From positions 15,109 to 79,108 of the forward strand of contig CAINDG010000047.1 of NCBI GenBank assembly GCA_903847315.1: a stretch of DNA of 64,000 nt. Direction: 5' to 3'. The notes under the pieces are model-generated. The model was not told the DNA's origin, ran no database searches, and worked only from the letters and a program-made list of their open reading frames with translations. This document shows, piece after piece, positions 54,225-63,932 of the stretch. Position numbers and translations under genes: made by a program. The DNA is from an uncultured Planctomycetota bacterium. GTDB taxonomy: Bacteria; Planctomycetota; Phycisphaerae; Sedimentisphaerales; UBA12454. Position 1 is the first letter of the stretch, and each line of letters begins with the position of its first letter.

Positions 54225-55658
54225 TTAAGTCGATTCAGTTTCGACCGTCGGCACAGAAAGCATCGTACCCGGCATAACCGGCGATGTTTCTATCACACGC
54301 ATAGATTTCCATTTGCCCGTAAGAAATCGCAGCAGAAATAGTATCGCCAAGGCGCAAACATAACCTGTTAGCGCAACCCACGCCGCGTACAAAGCCGCTC
54401 TGCCCCGCAGAAAAGTTATCGCAGCCCAGCTTGGAACAACCATAATCACCCAATTAAGAATAATTGAAATCCACATCACAAATCTCGTATCGCCTGCGCC
54501 TTTCAGCGCCGCCGAAAAAATTATATTGCCCGTATCGAACAGGCAGTAAAAAGCAACAAAGTAAAGTAGTATTTTCGCTATCGGCCGCATCGCTTCCATT
54601 TGCTCTGCGGAAGCTTTCAGTTCAAACGGCAGCATAAACACATTTGGGAAAAGCCAATACCCGAAAGCGATAGCGATCATATAACCGAAAGTAAGTTTGG
54701 CCGCTGAAATAGTGGTTTTCTGCGCAAGTTGCGGTTTATCGGCGCCCAACGCCCTGCCGACAAGTATAGTCGTCGCCATACCGAAACCTATCATCGGCAT
54801 AAACGAAAGAGTATTAATCTGAAGAACCATCGACGAAGCGGCGAAAGACACCGCGTCAATCCTGCCGATAAAAACCACAAAAAGCGTAAAGCCCAGTATG
54901 TCGAGCATAAACTGCACACCGCTCGGAATGCCGAATTTCATCAGTCTTCCGAACAATTCCTTATCGAAAATATAATTTGTAGTGCAGAAACTTTTGCGAT
55001 AAGCAGGCCGCAGGAAAATTGCAAAATAAATCGCACACGTTACGACACTGGCGATAACCGTCGCTATCGCGGCGCCGCCGATACCCCATTTCGGAAAACC
55101 GAATTTTCCGAAAATCATCGCGTAATCCAGCACAGCATTTATGACTGTTTTGACAACATTGACCCATAAAACGGTCCAGGTTTTTCCCCTGCCTGTCAAA
55201 AAACAGGAAAGCGAAGAGTCAACCAGCATAGGCAGCGACCCAATGGTCAGAATTTTGAAATATATCAATTCGTAATTTGCTATTGCCGGCTCGTGTCCGA
55301 CAAGAACGATAAGGGGCTTGGCAAGCAAGGCAATTGCTGCCATTATCAGACCGGCAGTCAGGGAAAAATAAATGCTCTGCCAGACGGCAGGCCCTATCCT
55401 TTCTTTTCTGTTTGCTCCGTCATATTGCGAGACAAAGGTATTGGCATAAGTGGCTGTGCCAAGAAAAAAACTGAAGAATACAAAGCTGAGTATCCCGCCC
55501 AGCATCGCGCCGCTCATTGCGTCGCGGTCGTACCACATCAGGAAAACCCTGTCCACAAACATCTGCAGTGTCATCGCGGACGTGCTCAAAATCAGCGGAA
55601 ACGCTATTTTGAGAACTTCCTTGCACCCGCCGGCATTTATATTGTTTTCTTTTATCAT
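54225..55658 (-). CDS. MATE-family efflux transporter
   Basis: 477 aa, 12 TM helices, with a duplicated 6-TM pattern and a MATE-like N-terminus (LKIAFPLILSTSAMTLQMFVDRVFL). Confidence 0.85.
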   Translation of the reverse strand: MIKENNINAGGCKEVLKIAFPLILSTSAMTLQMFVDRVFLMWYDRDAMSGAMLGGILSFVFFSFFLGTATYANTFVSQYDGANRKERIGPAVWQSIYFSLTAGLIMAAIALLAKPLIVLVGHEPAIANYELIYFKILTIGSLPMLVDSSLSCFLTGRGKTWTVLWVNVVKTVINAVLDYAMIFGKFGFPKWGIGGAAIATVIASVVTCAIYFAIFLRPAYRKSFCTTNYIFDKELFGRLMKFGIPSGVQFMLDILGFTLFVVFIGRIDAVSFAASSMVLQINTLSFMPMIGFGMATTILVGRALGADKPQLAQKTTISAAKLTFGYMIAIAFGYWLFPNVFMLPFELKASAEQMEAMRPIAKILLYFVAFYCLFDTGNIIFSAALKGAGDTRFVMWISIILNWVIMVVPSWAAITFLRGRAALYAAWVALTGYVCALAILFLLRFLTGKWKSMRVIETSPVMPGTMLSVPTVETEST

Positions 55659-55720
55659 AACTTTATAATTTCAGGGTTGGTTATGTTAATCTGAATTTTA
55701 TTACTTTTCAAAACAATAAT

Positions 55721-56953
55721 ATGATTGAAACTGATATATGTATAATTGGTGCAGGTCCTGCCGGTATGATGGCCGCCTGTGCCGCGGCACAAGGGGCGAC
55801 AAAGGCAATTATTATCGAGTCGAACACCACCGCAGGCAGAAAACTCCTGCTTACAGGCGGCGGCAGATGCAACCTGACGCACACAGGCTCAACCGATGAG
55901 ATTATAAAGGCGTACAAACCTTTCGACAGGTTCGTCCGTCATTGTATTTATGAATTCGGCCCGCAAAAGCTGCTGGACTTTTTCGCGTCGCAGGACCTCG
56001 ATACTGTTGTGGAAAATTCCGGCTGCGTATTCCCAAAAACCCAGCGGGCGGACGACGTCAAACAAATCCTGCTCGATGAACTGGAGAAACGAAACGTCAA
56101 AATATTTTATGACAAAAAAGTTAAATCAATAGAAAAATACAAGGATGGTTTTGTTATTCTTTCAGAGAAATTCAGCGTATCGGCTCAATCAGTAATAATC
56201 GCGACAGGCGGATTGAGCTGGCCGCAGACAGGCTCGACGGGTGACGGTTTCAAATTTGCCGAAATCCTCGGCCACAAAATCATAAAACCCTCTGCCGTAC
56301 TGGTGCCGCTGATTTCGGCGGAAAAATTTTGCTCTTCGCTGGCGGGCGTAGGCGTACAAAATGTTTTAATAACCTGTAAAATCTCCGGCAAAAAAATCTC
56401 CTCGTCCGGGGCGATGATTTTTACTCAAAACGGCATCGGCGGCCCCGCCGTTCTGGACTTCAGCAGAAACATCACGGATTTATTAAGCGATAATCTGAAA
56501 ATATCCATCGACCTGCTGCCGGAAATAAAGCCTGACCGGCTCGATAAAATAATTACCGCTAACAATCCCAAACAAAATATCGTTTCAGTCCTTTCGCAAT
56601 TTCTGCCGAAGGCTTTAGTCCAGACAATCTGCACGGAAAATAAAGTCCCGCAGATTTCCGCCGGTCAGATAAACAAAAAACTGCGGAAAACTCTCGTTGA
56701 AAAGCTCAAAAATCTTCCGCTTACTGTTATTGGTGCCGAGCCGATAGAAAAAGCGACGGCAACCAGAGGCGGCATCGATATTGCCGAACTTGACAATAAA
56801 ACTATGCAGTCGAAATTGTGTAAGGGATTGTTTTTTGCCGGCGAGACAATTAACGTTGACGGCCCCTGCGGCGGGTTCAACCTCCAGTTCGCTTTTTCAA
56901 GCGGTTTTCTCGCCGGAAAATCGGCTGTTGAGTTATTAGGCAAAATCGCCTAA
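55721..56953 (+). CDS. NAD(P)/FAD-dependent oxidoreductase, HI0933/BaiN family
   Basis: IIGAGPAGMMAA, LLLTGGGRCNLTH, ATGG, GGIDI and FFAGETINVDGPCGGFNLQ motifs. Confidence 0.85.
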   Translation: MIETDICIIGAGPAGMMAACAAAQGATKAIIIESNTTAGRKLLLTGGGRCNLTHTGSTDEIIKAYKPFDRFVRHCIYEFGPQKLLDFFASQDLDTVVENSGCVFPKTQRADDVKQILLDELEKRNVKIFYDKKVKSIEKYKDGFVILSEKFSVSAQSVIIATGGLSWPQTGSTGDGFKFAEILGHKIIKPSAVLVPLISAEKFCSSLAGVGVQNVLITCKISGKKISSSGAMIFTQNGIGGPAVLDFSRNITDLLSDNLKISIDLLPEIKPDRLDKIITANNPKQNIVSVLSQFLPKALVQTICTENKVPQISAGQINKKLRKTLVEKLKNLPLTVIGAEPIEKATATRGGIDIAELDNKTMQSKLCKGLFFAGETINVDGPCGGFNLQFAFSSGFLAGKSAVELLGKIA

Positions 56954-57006
56954 TATAGTAATAGTCGTTGGTTTTAGATTGAAAATCGCAACCTATAAGA
57001 GATGTT

Positions 57007-58344
57007 ATGGCAAACAATGAAAAACTCAGACAGTTAGGGCTCGACAAGGCCGCGTTTTTAGGCCTCCTTGTGCTCGGTCTTATTTGGGCGGAGTTTATTA
57101 CTTTTTCCCGGTCTGACTTTAAACTTTCTGAGCCGCTGGCCATTAAAGGCACAGGTATTGAAGTTTCAATTCCGTCAGGCGACGGCTGGAAGCGGCTTTC
57201 AAACAATTTTAAATATGAGGACAATGAATTCAACCTTGTCTGCCAGATGCAGATAGGCAACGATTCGCTCATTCTGGCGCAATGGCGGTATTTCACGCTG
57301 CCCCTGGAAAAAACTCCTTCGGAAAGATTTAAAATCAAGGCTAATTCGCTATCGGGCAGTGTTAAATCTGAAGGGTCGGGCAAATTTGGCGACTTTACAT
57401 TCGACTATGCCAAAGTCGTCTCGGAAAAAACTCCTGCCGTGCTTTTCTGCGGCACGACTGTCCTGCCTGACGGTAGAACTATTACGCTCGAAGTGGCGCA
57501 GAGGGGACAAGGTGTTGACCTTGCCGAGAAAATATTCAAATCGCTGCTTGCCTCAGTAAAATATCATCCCGATAATCCTGTCGTAAACGGCGCCGAGCTC
57601 CTGAAAAAACTCAAGGCCTCTTTGCCGGCGATGTTGTCACGGCAGGGGTATCAGAATTACTACCGCATAAAAGACGCTCACGGCACTATCGTTGGTTTTA
57701 CAACGGATACCATCATTAGTCCGGCGGACTCAAACGCCGACTCGGCCGTTTTCGCGGCGGGACTATTATTTGTAAGTCCCGCGTTCAGCGCTTTCGCGGA
57801 ACAGTCGCTTTTCTATTCGGATATTTCAATTAGCAGGTTCGACTGGACGATAAAGCACGGCAACCTTTTAACAAACCGTCAGCAGCCTACGCAAATTAGT
57901 CTTGACGGCAGCAAAGTACTGACCGTTCAGAAGCAAAATACCGTTGAGAAAGTTCATTCCACCGATACAATGATTCCGGATATCTTCCTGGACCTTACCG
58001 TTGCGGAATTTCTCAAAAGCGATTTCGATACGGTTATGCTCGAAGTAATACTTTCCGACGGCAAAATCGCGCCTGTAATCTTTTCCAGAATCAATTCGCC
58101 TGAAACTTCCGTTTTGCCGGCGGAATCCGCGGCAGGCGTCGAACTTTTCGGCTCTAATACGGTCTATCAGAAAATGTACTTCGACGGCGAGGGCAAACTG
58201 TTATCTGCCGATATACAGGGCAGCCTTTCATACAGGATTGAGAGAACTACAAAAACGGCTATCCTCGCGGATTTCCCGCAGTGGCTCGAAAAAATTCAGC
58301 AGATAGAGCAGTATCAGCTTAAAAAGAACTCCAGACCCAAATAA
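57007..58344 (+). CDS. membrane-anchored hypothetical protein
   Basis: One N-terminal TM helix (AAFLGLLVLGLIWAEFI). 445 aa with no recognised motif. Confidence 0.45.
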   Translation: MANNEKLRQLGLDKAAFLGLLVLGLIWAEFITFSRSDFKLSEPLAIKGTGIEVSIPSGDGWKRLSNNFKYEDNEFNLVCQMQIGNDSLILAQWRYFTLPLEKTPSERFKIKANSLSGSVKSEGSGKFGDFTFDYAKVVSEKTPAVLFCGTTVLPDGRTITLEVAQRGQGVDLAEKIFKSLLASVKYHPDNPVVNGAELLKKLKASLPAMLSRQGYQNYYRIKDAHGTIVGFTTDTIISPADSNADSAVFAAGLLFVSPAFSAFAEQSLFYSDISISRFDWTIKHGNLLTNRQQPTQISLDGSKVLTVQKQNTVEKVHSTDTMIPDIFLDLTVAEFLKSDFDTVMLEVILSDGKIAPVIFSRINSPETSVLPAESAAGVELFGSNTVYQKMYFDGEGKLLSADIQGSLSYRIERTTKTAILADFPQWLEKIQQIEQYQLKKNSRPK

Positions 58345-58369
58345 CCTGAATAATTATAAGGAATGGGAA

Positions 58370-59368
58370 ATGGCGGAAATTATTTATGACAGTATCATCA
58401 TAGGAGCAGGCCCTGCAGGCCTCGCGGCGGCGCTTTACAACTCAAGAGACAGGCTGCGAACTCTGGTTCTGGAAAAATTCTACCCCGGCGGCCAGATTAT
58501 GAATACCGACCGCATCGAAAACTATCCCGGCTTTGAAAGAATCTCCGGCACAGAACTGATTGATAAAATGTACAGCCAGGCGAAAAATTTCGGCGCGGAA
58601 TTTAAAATGGGCGCTGAAGTTAAAAACCTGACAAAGCTTCCAGACGGCAAAATATCGATAAATTGCGGAAAAGAGTCCTTTACCGCCCGCTCTGTCATTC
58701 TCGCCAGCGGAAGCGATTATCGCAAACTCGGCGTACCCGGAGAAGATGAATTTAGGAACTCCGGCGCCGGCGTAAGCTATTGCGGAACCTGCGACGCTCC
58801 TTTTTTCAAAGGGAAAAAAGTCGTCGCTGTCGGAGGCGGTAATACCGCTGTCGAAGAAGCGCTGCACGTCGCAAAATTCGCGGGAGAACTGACCCTCGTT
58901 CACAGACGGCAGGAATTCAGAGCGACAAAAGTACTCGCCGAGGAACTTATGCAGAAAGTCAATGGCTCCGGCGGCAATATTAAACTCAAACTCGACACCG
59001 TTGTTGTCGCGATTGAAGGTGATAAAAAGGTTGAAAAAGTCCGGCTCAAAAACGTAAAAACAAATAAAGAGGAACTCCTGCCCTGCGACGGCGTTTTCAT
59101 CTTCGTGGGAATGGTGCCTAATACATCGTTTCTGAAGGGTTTTGTCGATTTGACCGACGCCGGTTTCGTCAAATGCGATGTCGGCTTTTTGCGGACGAAA
59201 GTCCCAGGCGTTTTTGTCGCAGGCGACTGCCGAACAGCCGCTGCGATGCAGCTTGCAACCGCCGTCGGCGACGGCGTAAATGCCGCGATGATGACAAAAC
59301 AATATTTGAGAGACCACGATTGGTGGAACAAGCCCGTTTCAGATGCCCTTATGCCGGGTAAATGGTGA
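58370..59368 (+). CDS. trxB: thioredoxin-disulfide reductase
   Basis: IIGAGPAGLAAALY, redox-active CGTCDAPFF, GGGNTAVEEA, GVFVAGDC. Confidence 0.9.
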   Translation: MAEIIYDSIIIGAGPAGLAAALYNSRDRLRTLVLEKFYPGGQIMNTDRIENYPGFERISGTELIDKMYSQAKNFGAEFKMGAEVKNLTKLPDGKISINCGKESFTARSVILASGSDYRKLGVPGEDEFRNSGAGVSYCGTCDAPFFKGKKVVAVGGGNTAVEEALHVAKFAGELTLVHRRQEFRATKVLAEELMQKVNGSGGNIKLKLDTVVVAIEGDKKVEKVRLKNVKTNKEELLPCDGVFIFVGMVPNTSFLKGFVDLTDAGFVKCDVGFLRTKVPGVFVAGDCRTAAAMQLATAVGDGVNAAMMTKQYLRDHDWWNKPVSDALMPGKW

Positions 59369-59390
59369 TAATAATTGAAGAATGGAGATT

Positions 59391-59600
59391 TTATTCTTCA
59401 TATTCAAAGACATCGTCAACTTTTTTGCCAAATGCCTTTGCGATTTTAATTGCCAGTTCCAGCGATGGCGAATATTGTCCCGCCTCTATCGCTATAATTG
59501 TTTGCCGGGTAACTTTCGCCTTATCAGCAAGCTCGGCCTGAGTCATCTGATTATTTTCAAATCGAAACTGGCGAATATTATTTTTAATTTTATTCGCCAT
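59391..59600 (-). CDS. XRE-family HTH transcriptional regulator (69 aa)
   Basis: MTQAELADKAKVTRQTIIAIEAGQYSPSLELAIKIAKAF. Last gene of a 4-gene overlapping operon. Confidence 0.9.
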   Translation of the reverse strand: MANKIKNNIRQFRFENNQMTQAELADKAKVTRQTIIAIEAGQYSPSLELAIKIAKAFGKKVDDVFEYEE

Positions 59601-60033
59601 TTTTTCCTCCCAAGCTGTATTGAATCAACGCAGCGATGGATGACACCGAAGCAGAAACAAAGTAGGCAAGGTAGATTAAATAGATTATTAGCATCGACTT
59701 GATTGTGCCCAGATGATTGGCGATAATTATAAACCATCCGGCACCGACCAAAAAAATAAAAGCTCCCATATATCCCCAAATTACCGTTTTGTGGTCGATT
59801 AGTTTATCTCGTTCGTCAAAATCTTTTTGCGGCAAACGCCACGCTGTGACAACTATCAGGATTAAAGGGACCGTCATTACAACGCCTAATATACGTCCTG
59901 TTAGTGTTGGTTTAGAAAGACCAATAACATCTATGTGGTTTATGTGAACAAAAATTATTACAGCGGCCGAAGCTAATAGTGTCGCGATGGAAATTGCAAG
60001 TATCAACCATGCTCTCTTTTGTGCTTTATTCAT
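59590..60033 (-). CDS. 4-TM membrane protein, tandem paralog 3
   Basis: MNKAQKRAWL... with conserved FDERDKLI and a C-terminal IQYSLGGKNGE. Overlaps the HTH start by 11 nt. Confidence 0.7.
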   Translation of the reverse strand: MNKAQKRAWLILAISIATLLASAAVIIFVHINHIDVIGLSKPTLTGRILGVVMTVPLILIVVTAWRLPQKDFDERDKLIDHKTVIWGYMGAFIFLVGAGWFIIIANHLGTIKSMLIIYLIYLAYFVSASVSSIAALIQYSLGGKNGE

Positions 60034-60458
60034 GATTTTTCTCCTCCCCTGCCGTATTGAACAAGAATTACCACAGAATGTACAAAAAATAAGGTTAAAC
60101 CGGCTGCCCCAAAGATATTAGGCAGCCACCAAACAGCTACAGTCGCCTGTGGCCCAAGTATGAAAAACGGAAGCATACACGCCAAACCCGCAACCAGATA
60201 TGATGCACCAAAACCAGCAATAGCTGCCCGTCGGTTGATGAGAGTGTCTCGTTCGTCACAGGTAATTTTGCCTTTATCTTTGGGAAAAACAATCGGCCCA
60301 AATCCTCCAAAACCTGCAATCCCTATAAGAGCAAGGCTGGCAAGGGCTTTTGGCATTCCAACTTTAATATATAAAATCGCAAAAGCCGCAAGACTGCCTA
60401 CGACTGCTAAAGATATAGTAATTACGAATAACCAGGCTATTTTTTGTGCCCTGTTCAT
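60030..60458 (-). CDS. 4-TM membrane protein, tandem paralog 2
   Basis: MNRAQKIAWL..., CDERDTLI, C-terminal VQYGRGGEKS. ATGA overlap with the next gene. Confidence 0.7.
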   Translation of the reverse strand: MNRAQKIAWLFVITISLAVVGSLAAFAILYIKVGMPKALASLALIGIAGFGGFGPIVFPKDKGKITCDERDTLINRRAAIAGFGASYLVAGLACMLPFFILGPQATVAVWWLPNIFGAAGLTLFFVHSVVILVQYGRGGEKS

Positions 60459-60880
60459 GATTTTTCTCCTCCCCTACCGTATTGAACAAGAATTATAATT
60501 GACTGCACTATTACGACTACAAACGCCCCACCCAAAATTATTGCCACCAAGACAAATTTCTGAAGAAATTCAGGCTCAAAAAAGAAAATGAATGCCGAGC
60601 CGCTAAGACAGAACCACAGGTATGATGCTGTAAAACCGATTAGTCCTGCTGTGCGAGTAATTAACTTATCTCTTTCGTCGCATGCTACCGCTCCACTGTC
60701 TTTTTTAATAAACAGAGGCGACAAACCAGCCAAACCGCCAAGACTCATCAAACCAAAGCATTTTGCGGCTTTTGGCCAACCGTGATAATGGTAAGACAGC
60801 CCCGTTGAAATCGCCGTTATTAGTAAGGTGCAACCGAGAACCACAAGACTAAAAACCGCCATTTTTTGTATTCTGTTCAT
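60455..60880 (-). CDS. 4-TM membrane protein, tandem paralog 1
   Basis: MNRIQKMAVF..., CDERDKLI, C-terminal VQYGRGGEKS. ATGA overlap. Confidence 0.7.
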   Translation of the reverse strand: MNRIQKMAVFSLVVLGCTLLITAISTGLSYHYHGWPKAAKCFGLMSLGGLAGLSPLFIKKDSGAVACDERDKLITRTAGLIGFTASYLWFCLSGSAFIFFFEPEFLQKFVLVAIILGGAFVVVIVQSIIILVQYGRGGEKS

Positions 60881-60895
60881 ATTATCAACTCCTTA

Positions 60896-60936
60896 ATGTA
60901 ATCTATACAGGACACAATGTACGCTATACATTACAT
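60896..60936. promoter_or_regulatory. inverted repeat, candidate XRE operator
   Basis: atgtaatctata (60896-60907) and tatacattacat (60925-60936) are 11/12 complementary. A third attacat lies at 60951-60957. Just upstream of the operon start. Confidence 0.4.
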
Positions 60937-61032
60937 AATGTCAAGTAAATATTACATTTTTAAGAAGATTTTTCAGAATTTGCTGTAAGTCTTTGCCTTA
61001 ACTGAGGTTCGCCTTCGGCGGGATTATTTACA

Positions 61033-61071
61033 AAAAAATATCCCGCACTTAAAGATTTCTAAGTGCGGGAT
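61033..61071 (-). terminator. rho-independent terminator of citrate synthase
   Basis: atcccgcactta-aagatttc-taagtgcgggat, followed on the minus strand by a T-run. Confidence 0.75.
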
Positions 61072-61088
61072 TTCATATCTTTTATTTT

Positions 61089-62483
61089 TTATCTTTTTGA
61101 CGTTGGAATATATTCTCTTGTTTCAGCTACGCTTTTGTATGCCGGTCTGATGATTCGTCCGCCGCTGACGTTTTCCTCAATAATATGAGCACACCAGCCG
61201 GCAATTCTTGCTATCGCGAAAATCGGGGTATATAATTCGGTGGGAATTCCAAGCATCCTGTAAACAAATCCAGAATAGAAATCCACATTCGGACATATTT
61301 TCTTCTCAGACTTTTTGATTTCTCTGAAAATTTCCGGCGCAAGTCTTTCAACCAGAGAATAAAGATTGAATTCCCATTCGATATCTTTTTCCTTGGCAAG
61401 TTTGGCTGCCTGTTTTTTCAGCAGTTCCGTTCTTGGGTCGGAAATCGTATAAACCGCGTGTCCCAAACCGTAAATCAGGCCTGAATTATCGAACGCCTCT
61501 TTTTTGACAATCTTTGTCAGGTAATCTGCTATCTGATTTTCGCTTTCATAATTTTTGACGTTCTGCTTGATATTGTCCATCATCGCGATGACCTGAATAT
61601 TCGCCCCGCCGTGCTTGGAGCCCTTCAATGAGCCGATAGCCGCGGCAACTGCCGAATAAACATCGGTATCCGAAGAAGTAACCACGTGCGCGACAAAGGT
61701 CGAGTTGTTTCCGCCGCCGTGTTCTGCGTGCAGCACAAGGCAAAGGTCGAGCAAATCCGCTTCCGTCTTGGTATATCGCTTGTCCGGCCTTGTGAGCATC
61801 AGGAAGTTTTCCGCAGTCGAGAGTTTTTCGTCAGGCGTATGTATATAAAGGCTCTCGCCGTCATAGTAATGCGCCTTGGCCTGATACCCGTAAGCGGCAA
61901 AGGTCGGAAATCTGGCAATCAGCCCGATGCACTGGCGAAGAATATTTTTCAGCGACCGGTCTTCGGGCGTCTTGTCATAAGAATAAGCGGCCAGAACGCT
62001 CCTCGCCAGCTTGTTCATTACATTGCTGCTGGGCGCCTTGAGTATCATATTTTCGGTAAAGCCTTCCGGCAGCGACCTGCTCTTGCCGAGTAGATGGGTG
62101 AATTTCGTCAAATCCTTTTTCTTCGGCAACTCGCCGAACAGCAGCAGGTATGCGGTCTCTTCGAAGCCGTGTCTTTTTTCTTTCTGGAACCCCGCCACAA
62201 CATCTTCTATTTCCATACCGCGATATCTGAGCCTGCCCGGAACAGCTACTTTCTCTTTTTCGCTGACGATATAGCCGTGCACATCGCCGATTTCGGTAAG
62301 GCCGACAAGAACTCCCGTGCCGTCTGAATTTCTCAGGCCGCGCTTGACGCTGAACTTCTCGTAAAGCTCGGGGTCTATCTTATTGTTCTGCTTGGCGAGC
62401 CTTGCCAGCTCCGTCAGAAACGGGTCTTTGGTCGTTTTTTCAGGTACTATTCCTTCGATATCCGGCACTACTGCATCTGCCAT
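61089..62483 (-). CDS. gltA: citrate synthase
   Basis: LVLHAEHGGGNNSTF, GSLKGSKHGGAN, GLGHAVY and NVDFYSG, with catalytic His/His/Asp contexts. Confidence 0.9.
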   Translation of the reverse strand: MADAVVPDIEGIVPEKTTKDPFLTELARLAKQNNKIDPELYEKFSVKRGLRNSDGTGVLVGLTEIGDVHGYIVSEKEKVAVPGRLRYRGMEIEDVVAGFQKEKRHGFEETAYLLLFGELPKKKDLTKFTHLLGKSRSLPEGFTENMILKAPSSNVMNKLARSVLAAYSYDKTPEDRSLKNILRQCIGLIARFPTFAAYGYQAKAHYYDGESLYIHTPDEKLSTAENFLMLTRPDKRYTKTEADLLDLCLVLHAEHGGGNNSTFVAHVVTSSDTDVYSAVAAAIGSLKGSKHGGANIQVIAMMDNIKQNVKNYESENQIADYLTKIVKKEAFDNSGLIYGLGHAVYTISDPRTELLKKQAAKLAKEKDIEWEFNLYSLVERLAPEIFREIKKSEKKICPNVDFYSGFVYRMLGIPTELYTPIFAIARIAGWCAHIIEENVSGGRIIRPAYKSVAETREYIPTSKR

Positions 62484-62771
62484 TTTTCACCTGTCAACTT
62501 TAGGATTATCTGTTAACCGCCCCGCCGCACGGCGAGACAACATAATATAATAGATAACAACGGTTTATGCAAGAGGCTTTGTCAGCTTTCCGCCTCATTT
62601 GGGTAATACCTACATTTTTGTAGTGTTTTTTACTTGATTGTCGGCGAAAAATATCATATAATTAAGCGGTTATCTATGGAGAAGGAAGAAAATGAGAAGT
62701 TATTTGAGGATTTCCAATTCGTTTACAATCCAGCGGTATCGTTGCGCAAATTTTTAGTGAGGAAGAAGAAA

Positions 62772-63830
62772 ATGAAAAAGCAATTTATTATTATGATGGC
62801 CGGTATTTTAATGTTAGTCGGCTCCGTGCAGGTAACGGCAGTAACACAATATACAATTACCAACCTTGGGACTTTAGGAGGCGGTTCTTGGGCTTGCGCC
62901 ATCAATAACAACGGCCAGGTTGTAGGAACAAGTCATCTTACTGTAAATTATTACCCGCTGCACGCCTTTTTGTATAATGGCACTACAATGAAAGACCTTG
63001 GGACTTTAGGGGGAAGCAACTCTTATGGCGGCGGCATCAATGACAGCGGACAGGTTATAGGGGACAGTGAGACTGCAAATATTGACGAGCACGCCTTTTT
63101 GTATAATGGCACTACAATGACCGACCTTGGAACTTTAGTGGGATATCAATCTACTACTAACGGCATCAATAACAACGGTCAGATTGCAGGACAAAATAAT
63201 GGTCGTCACGCTTTTTTATATAATGGCACTGTAATGAAAGACCTTGGGACTTTAGGGGGATATCAATCTTCTGCTTCCAGCATCAATAATAGCGGTCAGG
63301 TTGCAGGGACAAGTTATATTACTGGAAATTCTATCCAGCACGCTTTTTTGTATGATGGTACTGCAATGAAAGACCTTGGGACTTTAGGGGGAAGTACTTC
63401 TGTTGCTTTAGCCATCAATGACAACGGTCAGGTTGTAGGGACAAGTAGTATTACTGGAAATTCTATCCACCACGCCTTTTTGTATGATGGCACTGCAATG
63501 AATGACCTTGGGACTTTAGGAAGTACCTCTGATGCTTACGGCATCAATAACAACGGTCAGGTTGTAGGAACAAGTGGTATTACTACAGGAGGTGGTCCAG
63601 CCCACGCCTTTTTGTACGATGACGGCAATATGATTGACTTAAATACCTTACTGCCAACAGGCAGCGGCTGGGTGTTAACAAATGCCGAAGGCATTAATGA
63701 TTCAGGCCAAATTGTGGGATATGGTACTATTAATGGTCAGAGTCGTGCTTTCCTGATGACCCCGGTCCCAGAGCCCGCCACGCTTTTACTGCTCGGTCTG
63801 GGCGGATTGGTTTTTAGAAGAAAAGTTTAA
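62772..63830 (+). CDS. HAF-family extracellular repeat protein with PEP-CTERM anchor
   Basis: About 8 repeats of HAFLY(N/D)GT.M.DLGTLGG....INN.GQV.G. C-terminal VPEPATLLLLGLGGLVFRRK. The ATG at 62772 (MKKQFII) is preferred over the ORF-track start at 62634. Confidence 0.85.
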   Translation: MKKQFIIMMAGILMLVGSVQVTAVTQYTITNLGTLGGGSWACAINNNGQVVGTSHLTVNYYPLHAFLYNGTTMKDLGTLGGSNSYGGGINDSGQVIGDSETANIDEHAFLYNGTTMTDLGTLVGYQSTTNGINNNGQIAGQNNGRHAFLYNGTVMKDLGTLGGYQSSASSINNSGQVAGTSYITGNSIQHAFLYDGTAMKDLGTLGGSTSVALAINDNGQVVGTSSITGNSIHHAFLYDGTAMNDLGTLGSTSDAYGINNNGQVVGTSGITTGGGPAHAFLYDDGNMIDLNTLLPTGSGWVLTNAEGINDSGQIVGYGTINGQSRAFLMTPVPEPATLLLLGLGGLVFRRKV

Positions 63831-63833
63831 AGT

Positions 63834-63932
63834 TTAAAACTTAAAGCTAAAAACTGAAAATTAAAAACTACACGGCCGAAGGCCGTTCCATTGTTTTGAC
63901 TTTTAATTTTTAAGTTTTAAGTTGCCTTTTTT
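63834..63932 (+). terminator. long AT-rich hairpin with GC core and T-run
   Basis: Core acggcc-gaa-ggccgt (63872-63886) flanked by ~35-nt imperfect A/T arms, ending in gcctttttt. Confidence 0.5.

Noticed and set aside
62634-62771. N-terminal extensions given by the ORF track at 62634, 19715, 39857, 40726, 42233, 48994, 14043, 12382, 2215, 18600, 51779, 29198 and 53391.
   Set aside because: The extensions start at TTG/GTG or at ATGs with no RBS, and they precede an internal ATG that has a Shine-Dalgarno sequence and begins a canonical signal peptide or domain. At 48994 the ATG lies inside the promoter cassette. At 53391 the TTG was replaced by the ATG at 53385, although that start remains uncertain.
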